From NCBI GenBank assembly GCA_963777955.1, contig CAVZSQ010000001.1, positions 122,675 through 186,674 on the forward strand: a DNA stretch of 64,000 bases, in the 5' to 3' direction. Each line of letters opens with the position of its first letter. Positions within the stretch are counted from its first letter, which is position 1. A program made the translations under genes and the position numbers. The notes under the pieces are model-generated. The model searched no databases. It worked only from the letters and a program-made list of their open reading frames with translations, and had not been told where the DNA came from. Source of the DNA: Calditrichia bacterium. GTDB taxonomy: Bacteria > Calditrichota > Calditrichia > JAJRVZ01. Shown here one piece after another: positions 22,711 through 32,354 of this stretch.

Positions 22711-23073
22711 TTATTTTTCTCTTTGGGGGGAATTGTAACCTTTCCCGGCAAAGGGCTGAAGTTTCTCCAACCACAATTCTTCCAGAACTTTTAAATCCCG
22801 GGTATAATCGTAAGCCGGATCGTCTTTTCCCGGCAGATAATCGATTATTTCAAAAACGAAATTTGCCTCGCCGTATTTGATATAATCATCCTGCAAAGCT
22901 TTATTCTTATGTGAACCAAGTTTCAGTTGAAATTTATGGCGATTGCCGAAGACCTGCAGATTTTTACTGCTGCCGATATATATCTTTTCGTTGATTAAAT
23001 TCCTGATTTGATAAATCCCCATCGGTGGGATTTTCTGTTTGTACTGCTTGCTTAATTCTTTGCGGTCGGTCAT
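22711..23073 (-). CDS. Small GIY-YIG domain protein
   Basis: GIYQIRN..KIYIGSS, NKALQDDY..FVFEII, terminal GYN. Confidence 0.85.
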   Translation of the reverse strand: MTDRKELSKQYKQKIPPMGIYQIRNLINEKIYIGSSKNLQVFGNRHKFQLKLGSHKNKALQDDYIKYGEANFVFEIIDYLPGKDDPAYDYTRDLKVLEELWLEKLQPFAGKGYNSPQREK

Positions 23074-23084
23074 TTATTTATTTT

Positions 23085-24492
23085 TTAAAAATAACTCGAA
23101 CCATCCCAGCAGTGCGTACAGAGTTTTTCTTTGGGCAGTCCGATTGCCTGGACCAGGTCTTCGAGTTTCTGATACATCAGGGTGGTAAAATCGAGTCTTT
23201 TCCTGATCTGTTCTACCATCAACTGGTGCTTGCCGTTATTGGTATCGGCGTATTCCCGGATTTCAAATTCTTCTTTACCTTCAATCTCTTTTACGGCGGT
23301 GTGCGTGGCCAGATCGAGATTGGAACGGGAACGGCTGAAATTCAGGAATTCGCAGGGGAAGGACAGGGGTGGACAGGCAATGCGCATATGCACTTCCTTG
23401 ATTCCGGCCTGATGCAAATCACGTACATTGTCTTTCAACTGGGTTCCCCGTACAATGGAATCGTCCAGGAATATCCCGCGTTTATCTTTGATAATCGATT
23501 CGTTAGGGATCAATTTCATTTTGGCTACCAGGTCGCGCGTCGTTTGACTTTGCGGCATAAAACTGCGCGGCCAGGTGGGAGTGTACTTGGCATAGGGACG
23601 TTTAAGCGGAATGCCTCTTACACTGCAGTAACCCATGGCATGTCCCACTCCCGAGTCTGGAATGCCGGCCACGAAATCTGCTGCTACGGAATCTCGCTTG
23701 GCCAGGGCCGCTCCGCAGCGGTAACGGCATTCGTCCACATTGACTCCTTCATAAAACGATGGCGGATAACCGAAGTATACCCACAGGAAAGCGCAGATCT
23801 GCATCTGCTCATTGGAGCTTGCGCAATTGTTCATGTCCTTCAGCCGTAATTTGCACGATCTCTCCGGGACCCAGATACTTTTCAATTTCAAAGTTCAGAT
23901 TCGGAAAAGCGCATGTTTCAAAAGTTGCGGCGTAGGCTCCTTCTTTCTTGCCCAGCACGATAGGTGTGCGGCCAAGTCTGTCCCGGGCAGCGATGATACT
24001 ATCTTCGGTCAGGATCAGGATGGAACAGGAACCTTTGACCAGGCTATAGACGTTTTCAATTCCGGAAACAAAATCATCCCCTTCGGCGATCAGCATGGCG
24101 ATAAGTTCGGTCGGATTGATGGTACCATGACTGAGTTCCGAGAAGGTACGGCGTTGTTTCAGGCAGCGTTTCTCCAACTCGGAGATGTTTACAATCTTGC
24201 TTACCGAGGCCACAGCAAAACGTCCCATATGCGAAGTGACCAGAATAGGCTGCGCTTCGGTATCGCTGATCACACCGATGCCAAGGTTTCCGGAAAATTC
24301 GGTTAAATTAGTCTCAAACTTGTTCCTGAAATAACCGTCCTCCAGGCTGTGGATCGAGCGTTGAAACCCTTTTGCGGGGGAAAAAAAGGCCAGACCGGCC
24401 CGGCGTGTTCCAAGGTGAGAATGGTAATCGGTGCCGTAAAATACATCCAGTACACAGGATTCTTTTGAGATACTGCCAAAAAAACCGCTCAT
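23085..24492 (-). CDS. purF: Amidophosphoribosyltransferase (variant lacking the N-terminal Cys); frameshift near 23815
   Basis: AARDRLGRTP, CAFLWVYFG, GIPDSG, LDDSIVRGT PRPP motif, RIACPP, LCTHCW. Confidence 0.92.
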
Positions 24493-24657
24493 GATCCTCC
24501 TTCTTTTCCTAAACCATTAATGTAAGAAGGAATGATCATATACTGCAAAAATTATATGACCTTATGATCGGGTCAGAATTTTCTGATTGCTTTTAAAATT
24601 TTCTGGTTAAAAAATGGTGAAGAATGATTTAAACCTGCAGGGTTGAACTACAATCTT

Positions 24658-25413
24658 CTATTTTTTACAAATGACGATGAATTCTTTTGAATTTGCGTCT
24701 AATTCTTTCCCGTGGTAATCACCGAGAATTTTATAATTTTTAAAAGCAGACCTTTCGATCAGATGTTCCAATTCATACCTGAAAAAGAACCGCATTGGGA
24801 ATTTCCACTCCTCCTGTTTCAGCCCGTCGGATTCAATCCATTCGAGACGAAAGGTTACATTGATCAGCTGGTTCAGCAGATCCGGCTTAGTTGACACAAT
24901 TCTTTTGATTTTTTTACCCGGTTCGTACTCTGCTTCAAAATCGATATGGTTATCGAATCCATTTATTAATTGCCGCAAATCCGGCACGAAAGTATCGAAA
25001 ATAAATTTACCATTGGATTTTAAGTGCCGGTAAACATTATTAAGTGCCGCAAGTTGTTCATTTTTATCCAGCAGATGCATCATGACCCTGAAAGGAGCGA
25101 CTATTAATTCGAACCGGTCAGCAAAATGAAAGTTAACCATATTTTGAAGACTGATACGCTTATGGTGTTCAGGGGATAGTTTATCAAGTAACACGCTAAT
25201 CATTGATTCGCTGATATCCAGACCGTAAATATCAACACCCTGGTTCAACGCTTCGACGAATAATCTTCCGGTACCAACCCCCATTTCCAGCACTTTTCCC
25301 TTTACCTGTTTAAGTTCCTGCAGAAAAAATTCCTTGTCGACACTGTCTCTTAACTGGTGATAGATCAGGTCGTAAAACCTGGCATAAGTTGCCGGATAAT
25401 TGACAAATTTCAT
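24658..25413 (-). CDS. Class I SAM-dependent methyltransferase
   Basis: YARFYD, VLEMGVGTGR, GLDISESM, HLKSNGKFIFD. Confidence 0.9.
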   Translation of the reverse strand: MKFVNYPATYARFYDLIYHQLRDSVDKEFFLQELKQVKGKVLEMGVGTGRLFVEALNQGVDIYGLDISESMISVLLDKLSPEHHKRISLQNMVNFHFADRFELIVAPFRVMMHLLDKNEQLAALNNVYRHLKSNGKFIFDTFVPDLRQLINGFDNHIDFEAEYEPGKKIKRIVSTKPDLLNQLINVTFRLEWIESDGLKQEEWKFPMRFFFRYELEHLIERSAFKNYKILGDYHGKELDANSKEFIVICKK

Positions 25414-26303
25414 ATTATGTATTCACCTTTAATTCTGGTTATCGCGCCTCCGCCGAATAAGACCCGTTCATGATTATTTTCATCCAGTTTCCTGCGTAGT
25501 TTTACAATATTATAGTCATCCATTAATCCGTTTTGTTCAATTACTATAGTTTCCTTGTTCCATTTTCCCCGGCTGATTAGGTAATATCCGAAAGCCGAAT
25601 TGCCTGAACCGGTAGCCGGATCTTCCATGTATCCGAAGATCGGGGCAAAGACCCGCGTCCTGTAATCACTTAATTTATCAGCGACTGCGGTGCTAAAAAC
25701 CTCTATAATATCAACCGCTGATGCTAAACAAAATTCTTTCAGTTCGGTGAAGTCGGGTGAAATATTAAGAAGGCATTCAAGAGTCCTGATGGGCACAATC
25801 AGGGTGGTTAAGCCGGCATTGACGATTTTTACCGGCCAGTTAAGGTCAAAATTCGCTGCTGAAATTTTCAGTTTGACTGAAATAGTGTTTAAAACCGGAA
25901 TTTCGGTTTTTTCTTCGGGGAGGGGGGACATAATAAAAACAGAATCTTCATTCTTTATCCGGTTTTCTACCTGCAGTTCTCCTTTATTGGTCCAGATTTT
26001 CAACATATCATGTTTTATCAACTCTTTATTATTTTTGATTAAATCATACATGATGGCAATAGTGGCATGACCACAAAAATCGACTTCCCTTTCTGCTGAA
26101 TAATACTTTAAGTCAAAACGATTTTCTCCGCTTTGAAATATGAATCCAACTTCATTCACAAAACCTTTCAATTCTCTGGCAATCTGCAGCATCTCACTTT
26201 CGGAAATATCGTTTTTTGAGTCAAGCCAGATATATCCGGCCGGATTTCCTGCAGATCTCCTGGTAGCAAAAGCATCAATTTTTTTAAATTTAAAATTTTT
26301 CAT
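25410..26303 (-). CDS. PhzF-family isomerase
   Basis: DAF..GNPAG, EVDFCGHATIA, EDPATGSGNSA. Confidence 0.92.
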   Translation of the reverse strand: MKNFKFKKIDAFATRRSAGNPAGYIWLDSKNDISESEMLQIARELKGFVNEVGFIFQSGENRFDLKYYSAEREVDFCGHATIAIMYDLIKNNKELIKHDMLKIWTNKGELQVENRIKNEDSVFIMSPLPEEKTEIPVLNTISVKLKISAANFDLNWPVKIVNAGLTTLIVPIRTLECLLNISPDFTELKEFCLASAVDIIEVFSTAVADKLSDYRTRVFAPIFGYMEDPATGSGNSAFGYYLISRGKWNKETIVIEQNGLMDDYNIVKLRRKLDENNHERVLFGGGAITRIKGEYII

Positions 26304-26360
26304 AGCACTGGTCTTTAAAAATATATCTTTTGAATATTATTTATTGTTGGTTGGAAATAT

Positions 26361-26963
26361 TTAGCCATTAAATGATCTGATTATCTTATCGATGGTCACT
26401 TCTACCTCAGTCAACCATTGCTTTCGTTGCTGTTCGGTACTATCCGCGATTATTTTAAAAGTTTTCCGATAATATCTGTTAATACCGCAAAAATCAAAAA
26501 CACATTGTTTCCAGATCCTTTCCAGTGGATCACCAAAGTATTTTTCTTCTCTTTCTTCAGCCGTATTGGAAGTATTGAAGACGATTCCGTATTTGCCCTG
26601 CAATTTTCCAATGGCTATCCCGCCGCCCGAGTCTCCCGGCGGAAAATCATAACAGTAAGTGGGCCTGAACACCCGGTCGATGTACCCTTTCAAAATGGCC
26701 GGGGGTTGCCCCCACCAGTTGGGATGAATAAAAATAAGTATATCCGATACCAATAATTCCCGGGAGTATTTATTTACCAGTTTGTCCTTAGAAATATCGG
26801 AACCTAATTCGTCACGGGTTAAAAGCGGATTGAAATTTTCCTCGTATAAATCATGAGCATGGGTGGTAATATTTAGTTGCTTTAGTCTTAAACATACACT
26901 TTTAAAAATTGCATGGTTGAAACTCCTGTCATACGGATGTGCCAGGATTACACTCGCAATCAT
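26361..26963 (-). CDS. NAD(P)H-dependent oxidoreductase, flavodoxin-like fold
   Basis: LAHP..SFNHA, DLYEENFNP, PNWWGQPPAILKGYIDRVF. Confidence 0.9.
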   Translation of the reverse strand: MIASVILAHPYDRSFNHAIFKSVCLRLKQLNITTHAHDLYEENFNPLLTRDELGSDISKDKLVNKYSRELLVSDILIFIHPNWWGQPPAILKGYIDRVFRPTYCYDFPPGDSGGGIAIGKLQGKYGIVFNTSNTAEEREEKYFGDPLERIWKQCVFDFCGINRYYRKTFKIIADSTEQQRKQWLTEVEVTIDKIIRSFNG

Positions 26964-27132
26964 AATAATCCTTTCATTATCAGATTGTCAGGTTAGTACC
27001 TTATTGAAGGATTAGATATACGATAACCCTGAATCAGGATCAAGCCTTTTTTTCGACCGGCATTTCATAATGCTGAGCAGGGCATAAAGAGGATTAAATT
27101 TATAACGTATGTTTTTCCTGCTTTGGAAGATA

Positions 27133-27537
27133 TTACTTGTTTATATGATCTGGATCCATCCAGAATGCTTCCCAGATATGGCCATCCGGGTCATTAAAAC
27201 TTCTGCTGAACATGAATCCGTAATCCTCGGCGGGCCGTGTCTGTGTCGCGCCTGATTTAAGAGCAGTGTCGACCAACCGGTTTACTTCATCTTTGCTGTT
27301 AAAAGACAGGGCGGTGATTACCTCAGTACTGTTTTTAGCGTCAGCAATTTGCTTGGGTGTAAATTCCTTGAACTTGGCCTCGGTCAGCAGCATGGCATAA
27401 ATGTCATTTGCAATAACCATGCAGGCGGCGGTATCATCAGTGAACTGTGAATTGAAAGAAAATCCAAGTTGTGTAAAGAATGCCATGGATTTTTTCAGAT
27501 CCTTGACTGGCAAATTAACAAATATCTGGGTTGCCAT
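27133..27537 (-). CDS. VOC/glyoxalase family protein
   Basis: IFVNLPVKDLKKSMAFF, FMFSRSFNDPDGHIWE. Confidence 0.92.
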   Translation of the reverse strand: MATQIFVNLPVKDLKKSMAFFTQLGFSFNSQFTDDTAACMVIANDIYAMLLTEAKFKEFTPKQIADAKNSTEVITALSFNSKDEVNRLVDTALKSGATQTRPAEDYGFMFSRSFNDPDGHIWEAFWMDPDHINK

Positions 27538-27562
27538 ATATTTTGCTCCATTATTTTTAATT

Positions 27563-28039
27563 TTACTCAGTAAAACCAACGATTAATTCTTTTTGATGCT
27601 TGTCCAGGTAATCAGCACTAAAGCAATCAATTCTGCTAAAGTACGCATGATATGGAAATGACCACCATTGATCCCGGATTTCGGACCAGTTTTCCGGAAG
27701 GGCAGAGGAAGTCCAATTCATAATTATATTATTCAGAGGCTGGTTTCCAAACCGGGAGATAATAATACAGGAAATAAAAAATGCAGCGGCAATCAGCAAG
27801 GTGATAAATACAGATTTGTCACTTTTCTGCAGCAAGGCCGAGAGCAGAGTGATAATTGTCACTATAATCACCAGTGAAATCATTAATACGTTGAGTGAAC
27901 CAAGCATATTCTGCTGTTGCTCAACATAGGTGGATGGTGATAATCCTTGTGGATTAAAACCTAGCCATATTCCCAGACTGATTCCGGCAAGTACGGCTGC
28001 TAAGATAGTATTTAAAAATCTCAGGATTGATTTATACAT
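27563..28039 (-). CDS. DUF1772-like membrane protein; probable C-terminal frameshift
   Basis: Three TMs, FGNQPLN..W..LPENWSEIRDQW pattern. Confidence 0.7.
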   Translation of the reverse strand: MYKSILRFLNTILAAVLAGISLGIWLGFNPQGLSPSTYVEQQQNMLGSLNVLMISLVIIVTIITLLSALLQKSDKSVFITLLIAAAFFISCIIISRFGNQPLNNIIMNWTSSALPENWSEIRDQWWSFPYHAYFSRIDCFSADYLDKHQKELIVGFTE

Positions 28040-28303
28040 ATTCTGTACTTTTAAATTATTCGCAAGTTCTGTCGGATTTTCGAATTTCCGAATGTTATAG
28101 TTTTTATAACATGATGACAGTTATTTTTATTTCGGAGGAGCTGGCTCTTAGGCGGGAATGTCTGTCTGCTACTTCAGTTTAGGAACCAGTAGGTCTTTTA
28201 TAACCTCTTTTAGTATCTGTTTACTGACGTCATCGGAGATCAATAGTACCATCTTCAAATTTCCTTTTTATTTTAAAGCGGGCTTTTTTTAGGTACTTAT
28301 AGA

Positions 28304-28396
28304 TTAAAACCAGGATTGCTGCTGATAAGTTTTATACTCATCACCGAAAGCAGCGGACAACACCTTCTCTTCGTGCCGGCTGATTGTTTTGTCCAT
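28304..28396 (-). pseudogene. 30-codon remnant: C-terminus of an ICMT/PEMT-family gene
   Basis: MDKTISRHEEKVLSAAFGDEYKTYQQQSWF* aligns by eye with the end of 20912-21435. Confidence 0.7.
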
Positions 28397-28645
28397 TTAT
28401 TCTCCTTTTGCTGCTTTTTTCTTTATCATGTCGACAATGGCCAGGATTACTCCAATCCCAAGCAAACTGTAGCCGATTAATTTTTCGTCTCCGAAAAACA
28501 GTCCGGCCAGAACAAATCCAAAGGCCAGCCCGGCTAATGGTGTGAATTTTTGTTCCATTTTGTTCTTATTTACCACAAAGACCAGTATAGCGATAATAGC
28601 CAAAACCAGTATCAAAATAGCAATGTAGATTTGTCCGGAAGTCAT
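28397..28645 (-). CDS. Small hypothetical membrane protein
   Basis: 82 aa with three hydrophobic segments; GAGG RBS upstream. Confidence 0.75.
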   Translation of the reverse strand: MTSGQIYIAILILVLAIIAILVFVVNKNKMEQKFTPLAGLAFGFVLAGLFFGDEKLIGYSLLGIGVILAIVDMIKKKAAKGE

Positions 28646-28695
28646 AATATTGCCTCTTTACTTAATATTTTTTCATTATAGTATTTCTATTTTAA

Positions 28696-29167
28696 TCACT
28701 TTCGTAGATTTTGCTTGATCATAGTCTGTCGAGTCCAAAAGCCAGTGATATTACCCCATTTTTGAATCAAACTCTGTCCCCGTTTTGTCTTCCAGTCATT
28801 TTCGATATCCAGGTGACATGCTTTTCCTGAGCCCTTACGGTCATGGTGACAATAGCGGCATTCCAATGGCTGAAATCCAGTGCCAAATAATTCGCACAAA
28901 TCGTTTTTCAGGAATGTACACCAATTTTTTGAGAAAAGTCTGCAGGGCATAATTGCCTTCATTGCCCTTGAAGGCAGGGGCTAGCACGCCAAAATCCCTT
29001 TCGGGGGACATTTCCAGCATCATCTGTTTAGCATAGCCGGCTGCCATAGCCTTATCAGCTTCTTCAACCGTCCACCAGCCCGGCCGCTGGCAATAGACTT
29101 TACATATGTCGCATGAGCATGGTTTTGAAGGTGGATATTTGCTATTTAAATTGGTTTCGTCTTTCAT
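28696..29167 (-). CDS. Cys-rich hypothetical protein (YkgJ/CxxCxxCC-like); frameshifted
   Basis: CSCDICKVYC, CTFL..CEL..QPLECRYCHH. Confidence 0.6.
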
Positions 29168-29186
29168 TTCAGAATCATCAAATTGC

Positions 29187-29701
29187 TCATTCTATTAAGC
29201 TATGGTTAGCCTGTACATCCAGGCCATCCCAAACTTTTTTTGCCGTCCAGGGTGTATCGGAATCGGTCCAGAATGGATCATCCGCAGGCAAGCCTAAAGG
29301 CAGAAAAATAGCAGTACACAGATAAAGGCTTCCCGTGGTTATGTAAAAATCGGCCAAGTCCGGGCTGCCGGCGCAGAGCGATTTCTTTAACTGAGCCGCC
29401 GTCGCCGTTCAACCAGGGTGCGATGCCGGAGATGGTGCGGGCAAATGCTTCCAGGTAGAGCTGCCTTTTTACGCTGCTCAGGATTATCACACGTTTCTGA
29501 AAGTACGACCGGCATTTGTACCTTGAGTTTGTCAGCAGCGATGTTCGACATAACCGGCCGGGCTACTTTATCCATGTAATAAAGCCATTTATCACGCGAG
29601 GTTTCTGGTTTCTGTGCGAAGGATATTGTTGAAAATAGCAGTACACAAATTATATTGAGAACAAATATTCTTATCATGATCATTCTATTTATTCGAGTCA
29701 C
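29187..29701 (-). pseudogene. DUF2264-family gene with large internal deletion
   Basis: Signal peptide, LEAFARTISGIAPWL, then immediately QPGL..YITTGSLYLCTAIFLPLGLPADDPFW..WTAKKVWDG (C-terminal motif). Confidence 0.75.
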
Positions 29702-29716
29702 ACTTCGATTAATAGT

Positions 29717-30493
29717 TTACAGAACTTGCTTATCTTCAAAATCGTTTAGATATCCTGTTTTTGCCGTCCTTTGTGCAACCAACCTGAATACCGAGATCAT
29801 TTTTAACCGATCGTTTTTTAAAGCTTCGACAATCAGTTTTTCACTCTCCAGATGCTTAAATTGATTAATAAAATCTGCCATTAAAAAGTCATTTTCAGGC
29901 AGGACCTCGGCAGTTTTTATTTCAAAAAGACCTGCTTTTTCAAAATGACTTTTCCACCATTCCAGCGAATGTATACTTTGAAATCCGATTTCCTGGTAAC
30001 ATTTTTTTAAATAATCAGGGACATCGGAGATACTCTTGAATTCCCTGTTATAGCACCACTCGGAAATACCAATCAATCCACCTGGTTGGATAAACTGGGA
30101 TATATAGGGTATATACCAGTCATCTGTGCCATAATATGAAAAAGAATCGATTGAGATTACACTATCAAAATAATTGCCCGGGAAGGGCAGCCTCCTGGCA
30201 TCCGCTTTTAAGGGAATGACTTTTTCAGCAAGGTTCATTTCCATAATCCGATTAAAATTATCCGAAGGGGATACCTCACGATCGACAGCATAAACCTGTA
30301 CTCCGAATTCTCTGGCCATGAATATTGAACTGATCGCTTTCCCGCATCCTAAATCGAGTACTTTCATATTCTGTTTAAGGTTCATAATCCCGCAAAGGCT
30401 TTCGGCATAATAAAGGGTATTGTGCAATAACGAATTTGCCAGAATCCATTTTTCGTTGTATCTGGAAGTTAATGGGAATAATTTTGGTTTCAT
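29717..30493 (-). CDS. Class I SAM-dependent methyltransferase
   Basis: VLDLGCGKAISSIF, ADARRLPF, IDSFSYYGTD; start overlaps the upstream stop. Confidence 0.9.
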   Translation of the reverse strand: MKPKLFPLTSRYNEKWILANSLLHNTLYYAESLCGIMNLKQNMKVLDLGCGKAISSIFMAREFGVQVYAVDREVSPSDNFNRIMEMNLAEKVIPLKADARRLPFPGNYFDSVISIDSFSYYGTDDWYIPYISQFIQPGGLIGISEWCYNREFKSISDVPDYLKKCYQEIGFQSIHSLEWWKSHFEKAGLFEIKTAEVLPENDFLMADFINQFKHLESEKLIVEALKNDRLKMISVFRLVAQRTAKTGYLNDFEDKQVL

Positions 30494-31104
30494 TTCATCC
30501 TTTTTCTCCTGAGCAGGGCGAAGGCAATGATCAGTAAAGCCCCGAGCAGTAAAATGCAATCTATAGTCACACCGAGTTTAAAAACACCCAGCAGTCCATA
30601 TAGAAGTCCGGCCAGACCAAGAGTGACCGAGTAAGCAGGTGAACCAAGTTTGTTGACGATTAAGGTAAAACCGATAACTATGGAAAGAGTCGGGCAGGGG
30701 ATCAGGCCTGTGGGGGCTGCATACAGGTATGACCACCACGATGTTGTTTCCAGAAAATGCGGATAAATCCAACCAAAGATAACCATTAAAATACCGGGAA
30801 TTAATGGCCATGCGGGTGCGATATCAATCGGTTCACGCGGCATTTTAATTGAAATATAAATCAACAGGACTCCAAGTAAAGCGAAAACGATACCGTTGAA
30901 AGGATTTAAAGAAAGCCAGGCAATTATGCTGACTGACAGGAGCGGCAGGGCCAGCAATATTCCGAAATCGCGTTTTAACAAGCGTACACCTGTAATTAAA
31001 CCGGCAATTATAATAGCAAAATATAAATGCCACAATATAGCAGCAGTCTGCCATGAATTTACGATTTCTTTCAAACCGGCAAGTATTTGATCGCTGGATG
31101 GCAT
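30490..31104 (-). CDS. Hypothetical membrane protein
   Basis: About 7 TMs; IYPHF and PTGLIPCPTL motifs. Confidence 0.75.
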   Translation of the reverse strand: MPSSDQILAGLKEIVNSWQTAAILWHLYFAIIIAGLITGVRLLKRDFGILLALPLLSVSIIAWLSLNPFNGIVFALLGVLLIYISIKMPREPIDIAPAWPLIPGILMVIFGWIYPHFLETTSWWSYLYAAPTGLIPCPTLSIVIGFTLIVNKLGSPAYSVTLGLAGLLYGLLGVFKLGVTIDCILLLGALLIIAFALLRRKRMK

Positions 31105-31114
31105 GGTCTTTCCT

Positions 31115-32260
31115 TTATTTCCTATTAGGATTATATCGTATCGGTTTTCCCTCTACTTTTTCAATAGGATCGTTTACATATACTTTACCGAGTCCAATTG
31201 GTGAAGTGAAAGTTCCACCTTTTCTTTCCTCGCTGATTCCATCGGAAAATCCGAGATCCACCGGCACCTTGCCCCGGCCGCCCTGGGCATCCACCACATA
31301 TACCGGACGCAGAAATCCGGTGGTTGCTCCGCACAGATCTTTGCAGATCTCTTTTCCTATGTATACCTCGGTCCTGAAATGACCGGTGCCCTCCACCAGA
31401 TCGGCATAGTACAGATAATATGGTTTTATACCCATTTTACCGAGGCTGTGCACCAGGTCCCGCATCACGTCGGTGTCATCGTTGACACCTTTTAATAAGA
31501 CAGACTGGTTCCCAATGGGAATGCCCAATTCTCGTAATACTTTAACAGCCTGATAACTTTCCGCAGTTATTTCATTGGGATGATTGAAGTGCGTATTGAT
31601 GAAAAGTTGCGGTTCTTTAAGGGATTTGGGAGTGTGTTTTCTCAATATGTCGATTAATTCCTGGTCCTCGCTGATCCGCTGCGGCCAGACGCAGGGAACC
31701 CTGGTGCCGATCCTGATAATATCCAGATGTTCGATTTTTTTTAGTTTTCCCAGAATATCATCCAGGCGCACATTGGAGATCAACAGGGGATCGCCGCCGG
31801 AGATCAAAACGTCCCTGATATCCTCATGCTCGGCAATATATTCAATACCACGGTTTATCTCTTCTGCCGTGGGATTCTTACGGTCGTCGCCGACTTTCCT
31901 TTTCCGGGTACAGAAGCGGCAGTACATGGCGCATTCGATCGATACGAACAATAAAACACGGTCGGGATATCTGTGGATAATGGTCCGGGGACCGCCCAGC
32001 GGAATATCCCCCTCTTCATCCAGCGGATCTTCGGTCAGGTCCATATAATGTTCGAGTTCCTCCACGTCGGGAATGGCCTGTTTCCAGATGCCGTCGTTCA
32101 TCTTCTCGATCAGACCGAGGTAATATGTATTTACCCGCATGGGATATTTGGCAATTACGTCCGCGAGCCTGGGATCAACTCTGGCTTTCTGCCCGGTAAG
32201 CCATTTCTCCAGATCCTCGAATGTCCTGATTGCATTTTTTAATATGTCTTTATACGCCAT
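31115..32260 (-). CDS. KamA-family radical SAM aminomutase (lysine 2,3-aminomutase-like)
   Basis: HRYPDRVL, CAMYCRFCTRKR, ISGGDPL, HFNHPNE, NQSVLLKGVND, GGRGKVP. Confidence 0.92.
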   Translation of the reverse strand: MAYKDILKNAIRTFEDLEKWLTGQKARVDPRLADVIAKYPMRVNTYYLGLIEKMNDGIWKQAIPDVEELEHYMDLTEDPLDEEGDIPLGGPRTIIHRYPDRVLLFVSIECAMYCRFCTRKRKVGDDRKNPTAEEINRGIEYIAEHEDIRDVLISGGDPLLISNVRLDDILGKLKKIEHLDIIRIGTRVPCVWPQRISEDQELIDILRKHTPKSLKEPQLFINTHFNHPNEITAESYQAVKVLRELGIPIGNQSVLLKGVNDDTDVMRDLVHSLGKMGIKPYYLYYADLVEGTGHFRTEVYIGKEICKDLCGATTGFLRPVYVVDAQGGRGKVPVDLGFSDGISEERKGGTFTSPIGLGKVYVNDPIEKVEGKPIRYNPNRK

Positions 32261-32323
32261 GGATGATCCTCCGTTACGTACCTGCTGATAAAAATAGATT
32301 GAATATAAATGATAAGTTTTTAT

Positions 32324-32354
32324 TTTCTAATTACCAATTACTATTTACTAATTA
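32324..32354. repeat. Short heptamer tract (TTACYAA-like)
   Basis: tttctaa ttaccaa ttactat ttactaa tta, abutting the stop at 32352. Confidence 0.55.

Noticed and set aside
22711..23073. GIY-YIG as a homing endonuclease or mobile element
   Set aside because: Only 120 aa, no DNA-binding extension, no intron or terminal repeats.
23025..23849. 274-aa plus-strand ORF
   Set aside because: Antisense to purF; no recognisable domain.
23809..23891. Programmed frameshifting in purF and other split genes
   Set aside because: No shared slippery site or stimulatory structure seen; indels are scattered across unrelated families, as expected from sequencing error.
24493..24657. Purine or ZTP riboswitch upstream of purF
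   Set aside because: Only a short TGACC/GGTCA stem; conserved riboswitch motifs not seen.
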